Source: Mustelus asterias (lineage: Eukaryota). Taken from it: a stretch of 64,000 nucleotides of DNA. Made by a program: the position numbers and the translations under genes. This document shows positions 23,870 through 36,400 of this stretch, in pieces. Location of the stretch: the NCBI RefSeq assembly GCF_964213995.1, contig NW_027590151.1, positions 992,001 through 1,056,000 of the forward strand. Direction: 5' to 3'. Position 1 is the first letter of the stretch. Every line of letters begins with the position of its first letter. Under the pieces are notes generated by a model, which worked only from the letters and a program-made list of their open reading frames with translations, ran no database searches and was not told the DNA's origin.

Positions 23870-25395
23870 ACAATTGATCAATATCCCGTTGCAATCCAAG
23901 AGAAACTTCTTTTCTGTTCAAGATGTCATCTATCTAGGTGTCATCTGCAACCTTACAAACTATGCCTCCTAAATTCTCATCCAAATCATTAATAAACATG
24001 ACAAATAACAGTGCATCCAACGGTGAGACACACCGCTGGTCACAGGCCTTCAGTTTGAAAAACAATCCTCTACAACGACCCTCTGTGTTCTGTCGTCAAG
24101 CCAATTTTGTATCAATTTGGCTACCTCACCCATAATACCGTGAGAATGAACGTTATGCAACAACCTACCATGTGATATCTTGTCAAAGGCCTTGCTAAAG
24201 TCCATGTAGTCAATATCAACTGCACTTCCCTCATGTACCTTCTTGGTTACCCCTTCAAAAAACCCCATCAAATTTGTGAGAAATGATTTTCCACTCACAA
24301 TGCCACACTGAGTTTCCCTAATCAGTCCGTGCCTCTCTAAATGCCTGCAGATCCCTGCCTCTCAGAATGCCTTCAAACAAGTAACCCACTACAGATATGA
24401 GGCTCACCGGCCTGTAATTCCCAGGCTTTTCCTTGTAGCCCATTTGAAACAAATGCACGACATTTGCCATCCTCCAATCTTCAGGCACCTCTGGCTGTCC
24501 ATGATTCAAATATCTCTGCTCGGGGACAGTCAATTTCGTCCTTGGCCTCCCACAACGTCCTGCAATGCACATCATCAGGTCCTTGGGATGTATCTACCTT
24601 GATGCGCTTTGAGACATCCAGCATCTCCTTCTCGTTACACGCCTCAATATATCACTATTTATATCGCTAATTTCCCTAACATCCATGCCTTTTTCAACAC
24701 TAAATACTGACAAATATTCATTTAGCAACTCATCCATCTCTTGTGGATCCGCACATAAATGACCTTGTTGATTCTGAAGAGGCGCTACTCTGTCCCCTAG
24801 TTACTCTTTTATCCTTTATATACTTGTAGAAACTCTTTGGATTCTCCTTTGCCTTATCTGCCGTGTGCCCTTTTTGTTCTCCTGACTCCTCTTATCTCTA
24901 CTCCTACACTCTCTATATTCTTCAAGGACCCACTTGATCCCAGCTGCATATGCATGTCATTTTCCTCCTTTTTATTCTTGACCAGGGCCTCAATATCCCC
25001 AGTCATCCAGGGTTCCCTCCTTCTACCAGCCTTGCCCTTCACTCTCAGAGGAATGTGCTTGCCCTGCAACCTGGTTCACAGACCTTTGAAAGCTTCCCAC
25101 TTACCAGACGCCCCTTTACCTGCCAACAAGCTCCCCCAATTAACTTTTGAAAGTTCCTGTCTGATACCATCAACATTGGCCTTGCCCCAATTTAGAATTC
25201 CAACTTTTGGGCCAGCCTTTCGTTCTCCATAATTATCTTAAAACTAATGGAATTATGGTCACTCGTCCCAAAGTGATCCCTCGCTCTACTTCTGTCACCT
25301 GCTCTTCCTTATTTCCCAAGAGGAGGTCAAGTTTCGCCCTCTCTCCATTCGGAACATTCACATACTGAATGAGAAGTTCCTCCTGAATACACACG
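23870..25395 (-). mobile_element. CR1 ORF2 middle fragment
   Basis: YMDFSKAFDK, PEDWRMANVV..NYRPVSL, REPWMT peptides. Confidence 0.9.
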
Positions 25396-26750
25396 ACATG
25401 TATACAAGGATAGAAGGCACTCCAGCCAAATTTGCAGAAGACTCACAAATAGGCAGGATAGTAAGTTGCAAAGAAGAAATAAGAACCTTACAAATGAATA
25501 TAGATAGGTTGGGAGAGTGGGCGAAAATGTGGCAGATGGAGTTTAACGTGGAAAATTGTGAGGTCATGCATTTTGTTCGGAAAAATGGGAAGACTTACTA
25601 TCTAAATGGGGAGAAACTTTGGGGTACTCCGGTGCAGAGGGATCTGGATGCCCTCGTTCATGAGTCACAGGAATCTACCATGCAGGTACAGCAGATAAAG
25701 AAAGTGAAAGGAATGTTGGCAGTTATAGCTAAAGGAATAGAATATAAAGGCAAGGAAGTAGTGCTGCAACTATAGAAGGTATTGGTGAGTGTGTGCGTAG
25801 TTCTGTTCTGCTTATTTGAGGAAAAATGTAGTGGCATTGGAGGCAGTTCAGAGGAAGTTTACAAGATTGCTTCCAGAGATGAAGGGTTTGTCGTATGAAG
25901 AGAAATTGAACAATTTAGGCCTATACACTCTATAATTGAGACGAATTAGGGGAGAACAAATTGAGGTATACAAGATGATAAAAGGCATGGATAAAGTAGA
26001 CGTGGAGCGAATGCTTCGTTTGGTGGGACCTTCTGGGACGGGAGGTCATGGCCTTAGGATAAGGGGTTGCAAATTTAAAACAGAGTTGAGGAGGAACTAC
26101 ATCTCCCAAAAGGGTTTTGACTCTGTGGAATTCGCTGCTCCAAAGTGCGCTGGAAGCTGGGGCAGTGCGTATATTTAAGGAGAAGTTAGACAGATTTTTA
26201 ATTGGCAATGGGTTGAAGGGTTATGGGGAGAAGGCAGGAAAATGCTGATGAAGAGCATATCATCCATGATCGAATGGCGGCGCGGACTCGATGGGCCGAA
26301 TGGCCTAATTCTGCTCCTATATCTTATGAACTCTTATGGCAGACAGCAGTCGGCGATGGTTGAGGGCAGGTTTTCAGACTGGACGACTATGTCTTCCGAG
26401 GGCCCGAAGGGGTCAGTGTTCTTGCTTCTTTGGTTTAAGTGAGTGATTTCGATTTGAATGGTCGAAGCTTGAGCAGTATGTTCGCGGATGATACAAACAT
26501 TGGCGAGATGATAGATAGGGCGAAGGATAGCCTTGGTACACAGGAGGATATAGACGAGCTGGTCAGATGGCCTGATCTGTTGCAAATGGAATCCGATCCG
26601 GATCAGTGTGAGGTGATGTGCTCAGGCAGGACAAACAAGGGAAGGGAATACATGATAAATGCAGGACTCTGGGAATCTCAGAGGGGCATTAGTGCGCATG
26701 TACAGCGGTCCCTGAATGTCGCACGACAGGTGGATAAAGCTGGTAATTGA
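25396..26750 (+). mobile_element. Two adjacent CR1 RT fragments (~25396-26337 with tail; ~26338-26750 older)
   Basis: KFAEDSQIG/WQMEFNV and MFADDTNIG peptides; tail TCTTATGAACTCTTATG. Confidence 0.85.
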
Positions 26751-26806
26751 ATAAAAGAGGTCAAACTATTTGTGTGTCCTCATTTGGAACTAGTGGTCCT
26801 GTACCT

Positions 26807-26878
26807 GGGTCTATGGTGCAATGGTGAGCACTCTGGACTCTGAATCCAATGAACCTAACTAAAATATCGGTAGAACCT
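26807..26878 (+). pseudogene. tRNA-Gln(CTG) pseudogene
   Basis: GGGTCTATGGTGCAATGGTGAGCACTCTGGACT-CTG-AATCCA; T arm destroyed. Confidence 0.8.
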
Positions 26879-26951
26879 TGCCTTCCTTTACTAAAGTCGG
26901 GAATGATTTTGCTGAAGCGACGTTTATTTAAAATTCTCAAAGTGGAAAACT

Positions 26952-28665
26952 AAACATAGAAACATAGAAATATAGAAAACTACAGCACAAAACAGGCCCT
27001 TCGGCCCCACAAGTTGTGCCAAACATATCCCTACCTTTTAGGACTACCTATAACCCTCCATCCTATTAAGTCCCATGTACTCATCCAGGAGTCTCTTTAA
27101 AGTCCCTATTGAGTTTGCCTCCACGAGTACTGACGGCAGCCAATTCCACTAGCCCAACACCCTCTGTGTGAAAAACTTCCCCCTAACATCTCCCCTGCAC
27201 CTACACTCCAGCACCTTAAACCTGTGTTTTCTCGTAGCAGCCATTTCCACCCTGGGAAAAAGCCTCTGAGTGTCCACCCGATCCATGCCTCTCAACATCT
27301 TATCCACCTCTATTAAGTCCCCCCTCATCCTACGTCTCTCCAAGGAGGAAAGACCGAGCTCCTTCAGCCTATCCTCATAAGGCATGCCACACAATCCAGG
27401 CAACATCCTTGTAAATCGCCTCTGCACCCTTTCAATCTTTTCCACATCCTTCATGTAATGAGGCGACCAGAACTGAGCACAGTACTCCAAGTGGGCTCTG
27501 ACGAGGGTCTTATATAGCTGCATCATTATCCCTGGACTCCTAAACTCAATCCCTCGATTGATAAAGGCCAGCACACCATACGCCTTCTTAACCACCTCCT
27601 CCACCTGCGGGGCCGATTTTAGAGTCCAATGGACCCGGACCCCAAGGTCCTTCTGATCCTCGACAGTATTAAGAGTCTTTCTCTTTAAATTGTACTCCTT
27701 CATCCCATTTGGCCTGCCAAAATGGACCACGACGCATTTATCTGGGTTGAAGTCCATCTGCCACTTCTCCGTCCAGTCTTGCATCCTATCTATGTCACGC
27801 TGTAATTTCTGACATCCCTCCAGACTATCCACAACCCCACCAACCATCGTGTCGTCGGCAAACTTACAAACCCATCCCTCCACTTCCTCATCCAGGTCAT
27901 TTATTAAAATGACAAACAGCAAGGGTCCCAGAACAGACCCCTGGGGCACACCACTGGTGACCGACCTCCATTTGGAAAAAGACCCATCTATACACACTCT
28001 CTGCCTCCTTTGGGGAAGCCAGTTCTGGATCCACAGGGCAGCAGCCCCATGAATCACATGCCCTCTCACTTTTTCTAGACGCCTTGCATGGGGGACCTTA
28101 TCGAACGCCTTGCTAAAGTCCATATAAACCACATCTGCCGCTTTCCCTTCGTCAATGTCTTTAGTCACATTTTCGAAGAAATCCACCAGGCTCGTAAGGC
28201 ACAATCTGCCTTTGACAAAGCCATGCTGAGCATTCTTGAGCATACTAAACCTCTCTAAATGCTCATAAATCTTGTCCCTCAGGATCTTCTCCATCAGCTT
28301 ACCAACCACTGAGGTTAGACTCACCGGTCAGTATTTCCGCAATCCTCCAATCCTCCGGCACCTCTCCCGTCTCCATCGACGACGCAAAGAGCATCGCCGG
28401 AGGCTCTGCAATCTCTTCCCTCGTGTCCCACAGTAACCTGGGGTACATCCCATCCGGACCCGGCGACTCATCTTTCTTGATGCCAGTCAAAGATTCCAGC
28501 ACAACCTCTTTGTTAAAGTCCACATACTCAATCTTTTCAGTCCACCGCAAGCCCACAGTACATCCAGCCATGTCCTTCTCCTCTGTGAAAACCGAGGCAA
28601 AACTCATTAAGCACCTCTGCCATTTCTACTGGTTCCGTACTGACTTTCCCGCCTTCACCTTTTAT
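26952..28665 (-). mobile_element. CR1 LINE 3' half (391-aa open RT)
   Basis: Full RT motif set; (TTCTATGT)n tail; small internal deletion near 28330. Confidence 0.95.
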
Positions 28666-29417
28666 AGACGTTGAGGAAATTTCAGCAAATTCCATCGCAA
28701 TCACTTTGCAGACGATGCAACGAATGGCGCCCCTGTCGTCATTGCATCAGACCCAGAGGACGGTTGTTCAAGAATACAAACCGCTGAGAGGCAGGAAAAC
28801 CACAGCGGACAGGGGGTCCACCTACGGGTGCCATTCACTCAGTCACCAGTCCCAATTTAAACAAGAGTTCGGATGGCGAGTGTCCAGAGTGTGAACCGTT
28901 ACACCATGGAACAGACAGCACTCTGACGTAAGACACTCCGATCTCCCAAAACGCACCTACGCACACACACACACAGAAACTCACACACCTGATCAATAAT
29001 TGCCGGACTCCATTCCAATGGGGTTGTTGTGTGACACCAACTGCCCGTTTCTTGCAACAGAGGAGTAAAAGAGTGGCGAAAAGATGGGGGAAAAAAACAC
29101 TGATGGTGCAGGCATTTATCGCCAGAGACTCAGCAATGTGCAATGTAAAAGCAGCTGAACTGGCTGCCAAAATTGTCATCCGCATTGCTGCTCTGTGAGA
29201 AATTTAAACGAAATGTCCATCAACGAATCAACCCTCAGCAATGTCAAAGAAAAGCAAGGATCCGTCTTGTTCAGAGTGCTCACCATTGGACCAGAGAACC
29301 TTGAACATTGCAGCCGACTGCAAATGGCCGCTCAAAGCATTTGACCTCCCTGCTGTTGCTGCCACATTGAATGAAAGGGCTCACGTGCTTTGAGTGAACA
29401 TTTGCAGCTGGCTTCTG

Positions 29418-29489
29418 GGTTCTGTGTTGCAATGGCCAGAACTCTGGACTCTGAATCCAGCGATGCAAGTTGAGATCTTGGTAGGATCT
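29418..29489 (+). pseudogene. tRNA-Gln(CTG) pseudogene (a deleted Gln copy lies at ~29256-29301 on the minus strand)
   Basis: ACTCTGGACT-CTG-AATCCAGCGATGCAAGTTGAGATCTTGG. Confidence 0.8.
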
Positions 29490-29687
29490 TGCTTTCTTTG
29501 CGAAAGCCGCTGATTGTTTTTGCTGAAGGCCATTTTAATCAAAATCCTCAGAACGTGGTACACTGAGAAAATTTCACCAAATTCTACCATAATCACATTG
29601 CAGATGGTGCAGCGAATGACTCTCCTGGCGTCATTGCATCAGCCCCAGAGGACGATTGCTCAGAATACCAAGAGCTCAGTGGCAGAA

Positions 29688-30000
29688 ATATAGAAAGCCT
29701 TGCAGTACAGAAGGTAGCCATTCGGCCCATTGAGTCTGCACCAACAACAATCCCACACAGGCCCTATCCCCGTAACTCCACATATGTGCCCTGTTTGCTC
29801 CCTGCCACTACGGGCAATGCAACATGGTCAATCACCTAACCCGCACATCTTTGCACTGTGCGCTGGGAGCTCGATTTCTTTCCACACACGCAGACACGGG
29901 GGGGGGGGGGTGTGCAAATTCCACACAGACAGTGACCAGAATTCAATTCTGGACGAATGCACTGTGAGCCAGCAGTGCTACCTAATGTACCACCGTGCCA
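29688..30000 (-). mobile_element. HE1-like V-SINE
   Basis: Antisense tail (TGCAGTACAGAAGG..TTCGGCCCAT) through to the head (CACCGTGCC). Confidence 0.8.
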
Positions 30001-30149
30001 GAAAAGCCACAGATGGCAGGGAGTCCCCCTCCTGATGTCATCCACTGAGTGAGCTTTCAGAATTTAAACAAATATTAGGACGATGAGAATAGTGGTTCCT
30101 GTGGATTGAAGGAACGCATTGGTTAGGTTTTTGGAGTCGGACAGAGAGA

Positions 30150-33090
30150 GGACATGTCCCCTTTTCTTTGTTTTCTGCCATTTTGCTTTCGGCCCACGTC
30201 CAACCCATGATGCTCCTTGTGATGTCTTGCCCTTATATTTTGGCTTATTGTCTTCTTGTCTCCTGGGCCTTTTGCTTTTTTAAAAAATAAATATGATTAC
30301 TCTTGTTAGCTTTTTCTTGTGCGGGATGGTGAATGGCGACGCAGTCAAAGTGTTTAAAATGACGCAGTCAAATGCAATTAAAATCTCGTGTGAGTGGAAT
30401 TAAGGTGGGGTTGTGGGGAGAGAGGAGGGAAACAGAGTGATGGTCGAGTTCTGCCGTATTTAGGTGGTTGCGGGGAGGTAGTTGTTGAGGTGGTGTGTGT
30501 TGGCAGAGGGGGTGGTGAGGTTGGGGTTTATGTGTTTCTGTGCATTTGGGGTGAATCTTAAGGTAATATGTGTGCTGGAGAGTTTTTTGTGGGTTTCCTG
30601 GCTGGATAGGTTTTGTGTCTGTTGCTGAGTCAGACTCTGTTTTTTTTCCGGGGGTGGAGGGGGGGGGGTGCAGTTGGGTTTCGTGGTAGCAGGTGGGCTA
30701 CTGAGGGGAGCTCAGAGGGTGGGGCGAAAAATTCCTGGGGCTTTCCTGATCGAGAAATTGGTGGTTATGTTGTGGTTTGAAGGGTGGTTTGTTGTCTTCC
30801 CATGTATTGACATTTTCGCCTCTCGTGTCTGTCCGCTAGGGTGGACGGGGTGAGAGGCTCCCGGACCAGTTGGGATGGAGTGACCTTTTATTTGTGAGTG
30901 TTTTATGTTGCGGTGGGCAGGAAGGTGTTGTGTGGATTTGCGTAGTGTGGGGGAATTGGTTGGCAGAGCGAGGGAGTCTAGGGACATCCTCGTTTATTTG
31001 GATGGTTTATGGGTTTCGCAGGAGGCAAGAACTTTCGGTAGTACAAAAATGGCTTACTTGACCAGTTAGTTATTTCTTAATTAGGATCCCAATAGGCTTA
31101 TATTAACGATGCAATTAAGTTACTGTGAACGGGTACAGCGAGGGGGAATTTATCACGGACAATCCAGATAAAATACGTATATTTGGAGTATGGGAGGAAA
31201 CCGGAGAACCTGGAGGAAACCCACGCAGACATGGGGAGAACGTGCGAACTCCGCACTGTGGTCCAAGTCAATAATTTAGCCCGGTCTTTGGCGCTGTGAG
31301 GCAGCAGTGCCTACCGCTGTGTCACCGCCCCGGCCCATAAATTAATGATTTCACATGTATTTTATTATTTTAAAGTGATCCAGTGGGTTAGTTTTTGCCC
31401 TTGTTAGGAGAATTCATTTTGTCAGTGACATTGTGTTACTCTGTGTACAGGGTTCGTTCCATTGTTCAAGGTGATTCAGGGAATATACGCATCCGCATGT
31501 TTAAGGGAGTGCCCTTTTCTTAGTTGGACGACTCATCCTTGTCCAGGTTTTTCCTATTGTTTCCGGTGGTCGAATACTTAATGATTTGCATTTTTCCGAG
31601 ACCTGCCCGTGTACCGTACAGAGGCGCCATGTGGCCAGTGTGCCCTCCATTTTATATCTTGCTTGAAAACATGCAGATTTATATTTTGGTTTAGTGGTTT
31701 ACACTTCTCCAAGTGGATTATTTCGACTCTTCTAATAGATCCCTATGTGTTTTGGATTACCCCACTGATTAAGGTGAATCTATATCAATCCGCGGACTGT
31801 GTCCAGGACACCGTCCAAGAATCATTATTTTTGTGTGGATGTAGAAGATTCACTCACCCTCGGGCTGCAGGGGTCGAGACCAGATTAAGCTGAGGTTCAT
31901 TTAGCTCCCGGTCGGCCCACTTCCCAGGCTGGCGATGAATAGCGTCTGGCCATTCTTACCTTTCCTCTCCAGTCCCAACTGGGGTTAAATCCTGCTTATT
32001 TAGTGCTCATCACGACCGGATTCGCTGCTTCCTTACGCTTCATCAAGGGAAGGGAGAGTTGTTCTCACTGTTCTGTCCTTTGTGTGCTTTTCGTTGCCAT
32101 TTTCCGACATTGTTTCGTCCAGCAGTTTTGGGGTGAGTGAGTGTTCTGTGTTCAGCCCGTGCTCCTTGCTAACTCTGCGGGTTAAAGACGTTTCCCCTCT
32201 CTAGGTGACCTGTATATGGGCTTAAATATTGCCCCTTCTTGTCCTCGAGTGACAGGAAGCTGTTGCATCTCATTGGTGCTCTGTGTGTTTGGAATTCGCC
32301 CCCTTCCAATCATTGACTGAGAGGGAAACGGTGTGCTGTGTTCTCAGTTTTATGTTCCCTCAATCTATGGTTTTGGGGTTAGGGTGGGTTGAGGATTTTT
32401 TAGCTGAGTGGGCGGGTGTTTGGTTTTTTTGGCTCTGCTTTCGAATCTCTGTTGTTCCCTTATGCACTGTGTAGTAACCCCTTTTAGTCTTTTGATTCCT
32501 GGGTCAGTCTTTGCATTCCATTCCTGGTGTTTGTGTGGGAGGGATACTTCCTTTTTCCCCTGTGATATTTTGTGCCGGTGGTGGGCTCTTGGTCTCTTTT
32601 TGAAGGTTTTGGCAGTGTCTGGCGGTGGATAAGTCTTCAGGTGTGGCTGCCTTTCGTCCTTGTATACTTTCTGGTCAGATGGTAAGGGAGAGCAGCTTCT
32701 TTCGGGTTTTTCTTATTGCTTCGTGAGGGGGGAAGTGGGAGGGTCGAGGTGGACTAGGTAGATGGTTGGTGGGACGTTTTTGGTAATGGTGTTGGGCTTG
32801 GGTAGAAGGGTTTTATTTATGGGGCAGGGCATCCTTTTGATGGTTTTGGGTACGTGTAGTGTTATGGGCGGGGGGGCGGGGCTTGTGGGAGCGCTTCGTA
32901 TCATCAGGGTGGTGTTGCGTTCTGGGGGATGCAAAGAATATTTTTGTCTGCAGGTTAGGGAGAGATTAGTCTCTGTCTACGAGGCTGTTTTCTTCTTACG
33001 TGATGTGATATTTTCTTTGTTTTGTTCTGATTCTTTCTTTTCCCCTATTCTAAGGTCCGTATTCTTGTTTTTTACTAGCTTTATGTCATC
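30150..33090 (-). other. Unidentified decayed A/C-rich (minus strand) element, interrupted by a SINE at ~31068-31335
   Basis: Strong G/T skew on the plus strand; ~240-codon K/P/T-rich minus frame (33096-32359) with two internal stops; no family recognised. Confidence 0.35.
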
Positions 33091-33182
33091 GAGGGTTAGC
33101 GTTAATGTTAGTGTTCGGGTTAGTTGGTTAGTTAGGGTTGGGGTTAGTTTTAGTTATAAGGTTAGAGTTAGGGTGAGGGTTA
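33091..33182 (+). repeat. Degenerate (GGGTTA)n telomere-like tract
   Basis: GGGTTAGCGTTAATGTTAGTGTTCGGGTTAG..GTTAGGGTTGGGGTTAG..GTTAGGGTGAGGGTTA. Confidence 0.75.
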
Positions 33183-33185
33183 AAA

Positions 33186-33282
33186 TGTGCAAACTCCGCG
33201 CAGACAGTGGCCCAAGGCCGGAATTGGACCCGAGTCCCTGGCGCTGTGAGGCAACAGTACTAACCACTGTGTCACCTTGCCG
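33186..33282 (-). mobile_element. V-SINE 5' fragment
   Basis: Antisense head CCCTGGCGCTGTGAGGCAACAGTACTAACCACTGTGTCACC. Confidence 0.75.
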
Positions 33283-33340
33283 TTGTTGCAATAATCTGTT
33301 TGTTCTCTGAAATTTAATTAATGCAAAAGATCAAGAAATC

Positions 33341-33376
33341 TAATTATATCCCTAGAGACTGACATCAGGTATAAAT
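33341..33376 (+). promoter_or_regulatory. Conserved proximal promoter of GPCR gene 1 (HD site, O/E-like site, TGACATCA, TATA)
   Basis: TAATTA-TA-TCCCTAGAGA-C-TGACATCA-GG-TATAAAT, 50 nt upstream of the ATG; same cassette and spacing at gene 2. Confidence 0.7.
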
Positions 33377-33426
33377 ATGACAATTTTTCAATGTAGTGCA
33401 GACCGCGATCAGCGCTTCTGGAAGAA

Positions 33427-36400
33427 ATGCACGGAATACCAAAAGGTCTGGTGTTTGCCATTTATTATCCAGTCATAGCAGCTATCGGAGTTTCAGGTAA
33501 AATATCTCATTTATTTAGTAGCTGCCAAAAAATTATTGATTGGCTGCATAAATTCCCCCAATTTATCACCACTTACCTCTACAGAACCAAGTTCCTCCTC
33601 TGATTGAAAGGGACATAAGTTTCCCCGTCGAAGTTCTATTTTCTGCCCTTTAACTTATTCCTCAAAAGTGTCCTGTTTCTACTTCTTCAGACAATTCCTT
33701 ATTTGACATTATAATTTATTCTATTCCCTGACATAATTTTTTGATGTTCAATCCATAAATTTAACGGTATAATTTTCCATCTTACCGTAGTTTCTTCACA
33801 TTAAATACATGATTGCACCGCGTTAACCTTGTACAACCGTGCTGTGACAGGTACCATTTCATCAGTTGGTAATATAAATTGTCCCATTCACCAGTAACAT
33901 CTGACAGTGGAAGTTTTATTGTGTTATTCATTCTGATTGATTTACCGTTCTGCTATAATGGTTAAAACAATTCAATGTTGTTATTTATACAGTTGTTGTG
34001 TGTTATTATGATAGTTGTGTTGGCGTTGACAATATTCCTCTGGGCGAATTCTCAAACTGAGCAGCAGAGGGGCACTGTGGTTCGCATTGCTGCCTCACAG
34101 CACAAGGAACAGGGGCTCAATTCCAGATTTGGGTTGTTGTCTGAGTGGAGTTTGCACATTCTTCGTGTGTGTGTGTGGGTTTCCACACACAGGAAGTGTG
34201 GATGTTCTGACAGAAGTAAGTAAATACTCCATTGGTTGGATGGCCTCTTACTGAACTGTCGGGATTCTAATCCATGGTTTTATGGGATCTCAGTACAAAT
34301 TGAGTCATTGTGTTTTATTTGAACAGTTGATGATGCTGAATTATGAAACTGCTGTCACTGTAATAACGCGAATCTATTGAGCTGCTGAAGTTGAAATTAG
34401 TGAAACAATCCCACAGATTATGTATTAGTTGAAAACACTGAACCATCGAAGAACACCAGAATTATTGTACTAAATTCATCCAAGAGATTTGTTAGGCAGG
34501 GATATGTAAAGAGCTTAGATAATGCGAACAGTTATCATTTGATGAATGTCTGTTATTTATCCGCAACTCACAACAACATGTGCCTGCTTCCATTGCTAAA
34601 CACTCATTGGCTCAGCACTGGATTCCTATTTCATATTTACTGCAGCTTCTGCTGTCTTAGAACCCAGCATCGTTTCAAATTGTTCTGTTTTCTGTAATGA
34701 GTCAAGCAACATAACTGGTCAAATTTCTCGTATTTAGAGTATTGTTTTATATATCACCGGATATTTCAGATGATTATCAGGGATAGAATTCAGTCTTCGC
34801 ACTGCTTCTTAAATCGCCTCCACAAGTTCAGACGAACTGCTCATAATCATCGGTTTATTAAAAAATTTATTCGAGAAAATTCACTGCAAAATTTTCCAAC
34901 AGTAAATAATTTTGCTGTCATTCATGGAGCCACATTTAATACCCATTGAAATATAATCCGTGGCTTTATTAGCTTCCACACTTAATGCTGGTATTTTCCA
35001 ATTTACCTTCTCCAATATTATTTAAATTATTTGTTTTCATGTCGTTGTATTGTGCATTCAATGCTTCAGTGCTGGTTTTGATATGCTTTCCATTATTCCT
35101 CTGTCAGGTCTCATTAAAGATACAGTCACTTTCGTTAACATTCCTTATTATTAACAAAAATATTATTATTAAGCAGAAACAATTGTCCCTGAAATCAGGT
35201 ATAAATTTTGCATCTATCACACAGCATGCAATATCATGAATTGTTTTGTGGCGATGAACTTTCTACAATTGACGAGGGAAGGGCCGTGGATGTCGTCTAT
35301 ATTGATTTTAGTAAAGCGTCTGACAAGGTCCCTCATGGCAGGGTGGTGCAAAAGGTTAAATCGCACGGGATAAAAGGTGAGCTAGCTGGATGGGTGGAGG
35401 ACTGGCTTAGCCATGGAAGACAGGGGGTAACAGTGGAGGGGTCTTTTTCCGGTTGGAGGTCTGTGACTAGTGGTGTTCCGCAGGGCTCTGTACTGGGACC
35501 TCTGCTGTTTGTGATGTATATATATAAATGATTTGGAGGAAGATGTAGCTGGTGTGATCAGTAAGTTTGCGGACGACACAGATTCTGGAGTTGCGGGTAG
35601 TGATGAACATTGTCAGAGAATACAGCAGGATAAAGATAGGCTGGAACATTGGGCGGAGAAATGGCAGATGGAATTTAATCCAGATAAATGCGAAGTGATG
35701 CATTTCGGTAGATCAAATGTTAGTGGGAGCTATACAATAAATGGCAGAACCATCAGGAGTATAGACACACAGAGGGACCTGGGTGCACAAGTCCACAGAT
35801 CCTTAAAGGTGGCAGCACAGCTGGAGAGGTTGGTCAAGAAGGCATATGGCATGCTTGCCTTTATTGGATGGGGCATAGAATATAAAAGTTGGCATATGAT
35901 GTTGCAGCTGTATAGAAAATTGCTTAGGCCACATTGGGAATATTGTGTCCAGTTCTAGTCGCCACACTACCAGAAGGACGTGGAGGCTTTGGTGAGAGTA
36001 CAGAAAAGGTTTAACAGGATGTTACCTGGTGTGGAGGGTCTTAGATATGAGGAGAGATTGGGTAAACTGGGGTTGTTCTCCCTGGAAAGACGGATGATGA
36101 GGGGCGACCTAATAGACGTGTATAAAATTATGAAGGGCATAGATAGGATGAACAGTGGGAAGCTTTTTCCCAGGTCTGAGGTGACGAACACAAGGGGTCA
36201 CGGGTTCAATGTGAGGGGGGCAAGGTTCAACACAGATGTCAGGGGAACGTATTTTACACAGAGAGTGGTGCGCGCCTGGAATGCACTGCCAAGCAAGGTG
36301 ATTGAGGCGACCACGCTGGGATCGTTGAAGACTTATCTAGATAGCCACATGAACAGACTGGGAATAGAGGGATACAAACGAATGGTCCAGTTGGGCACAT

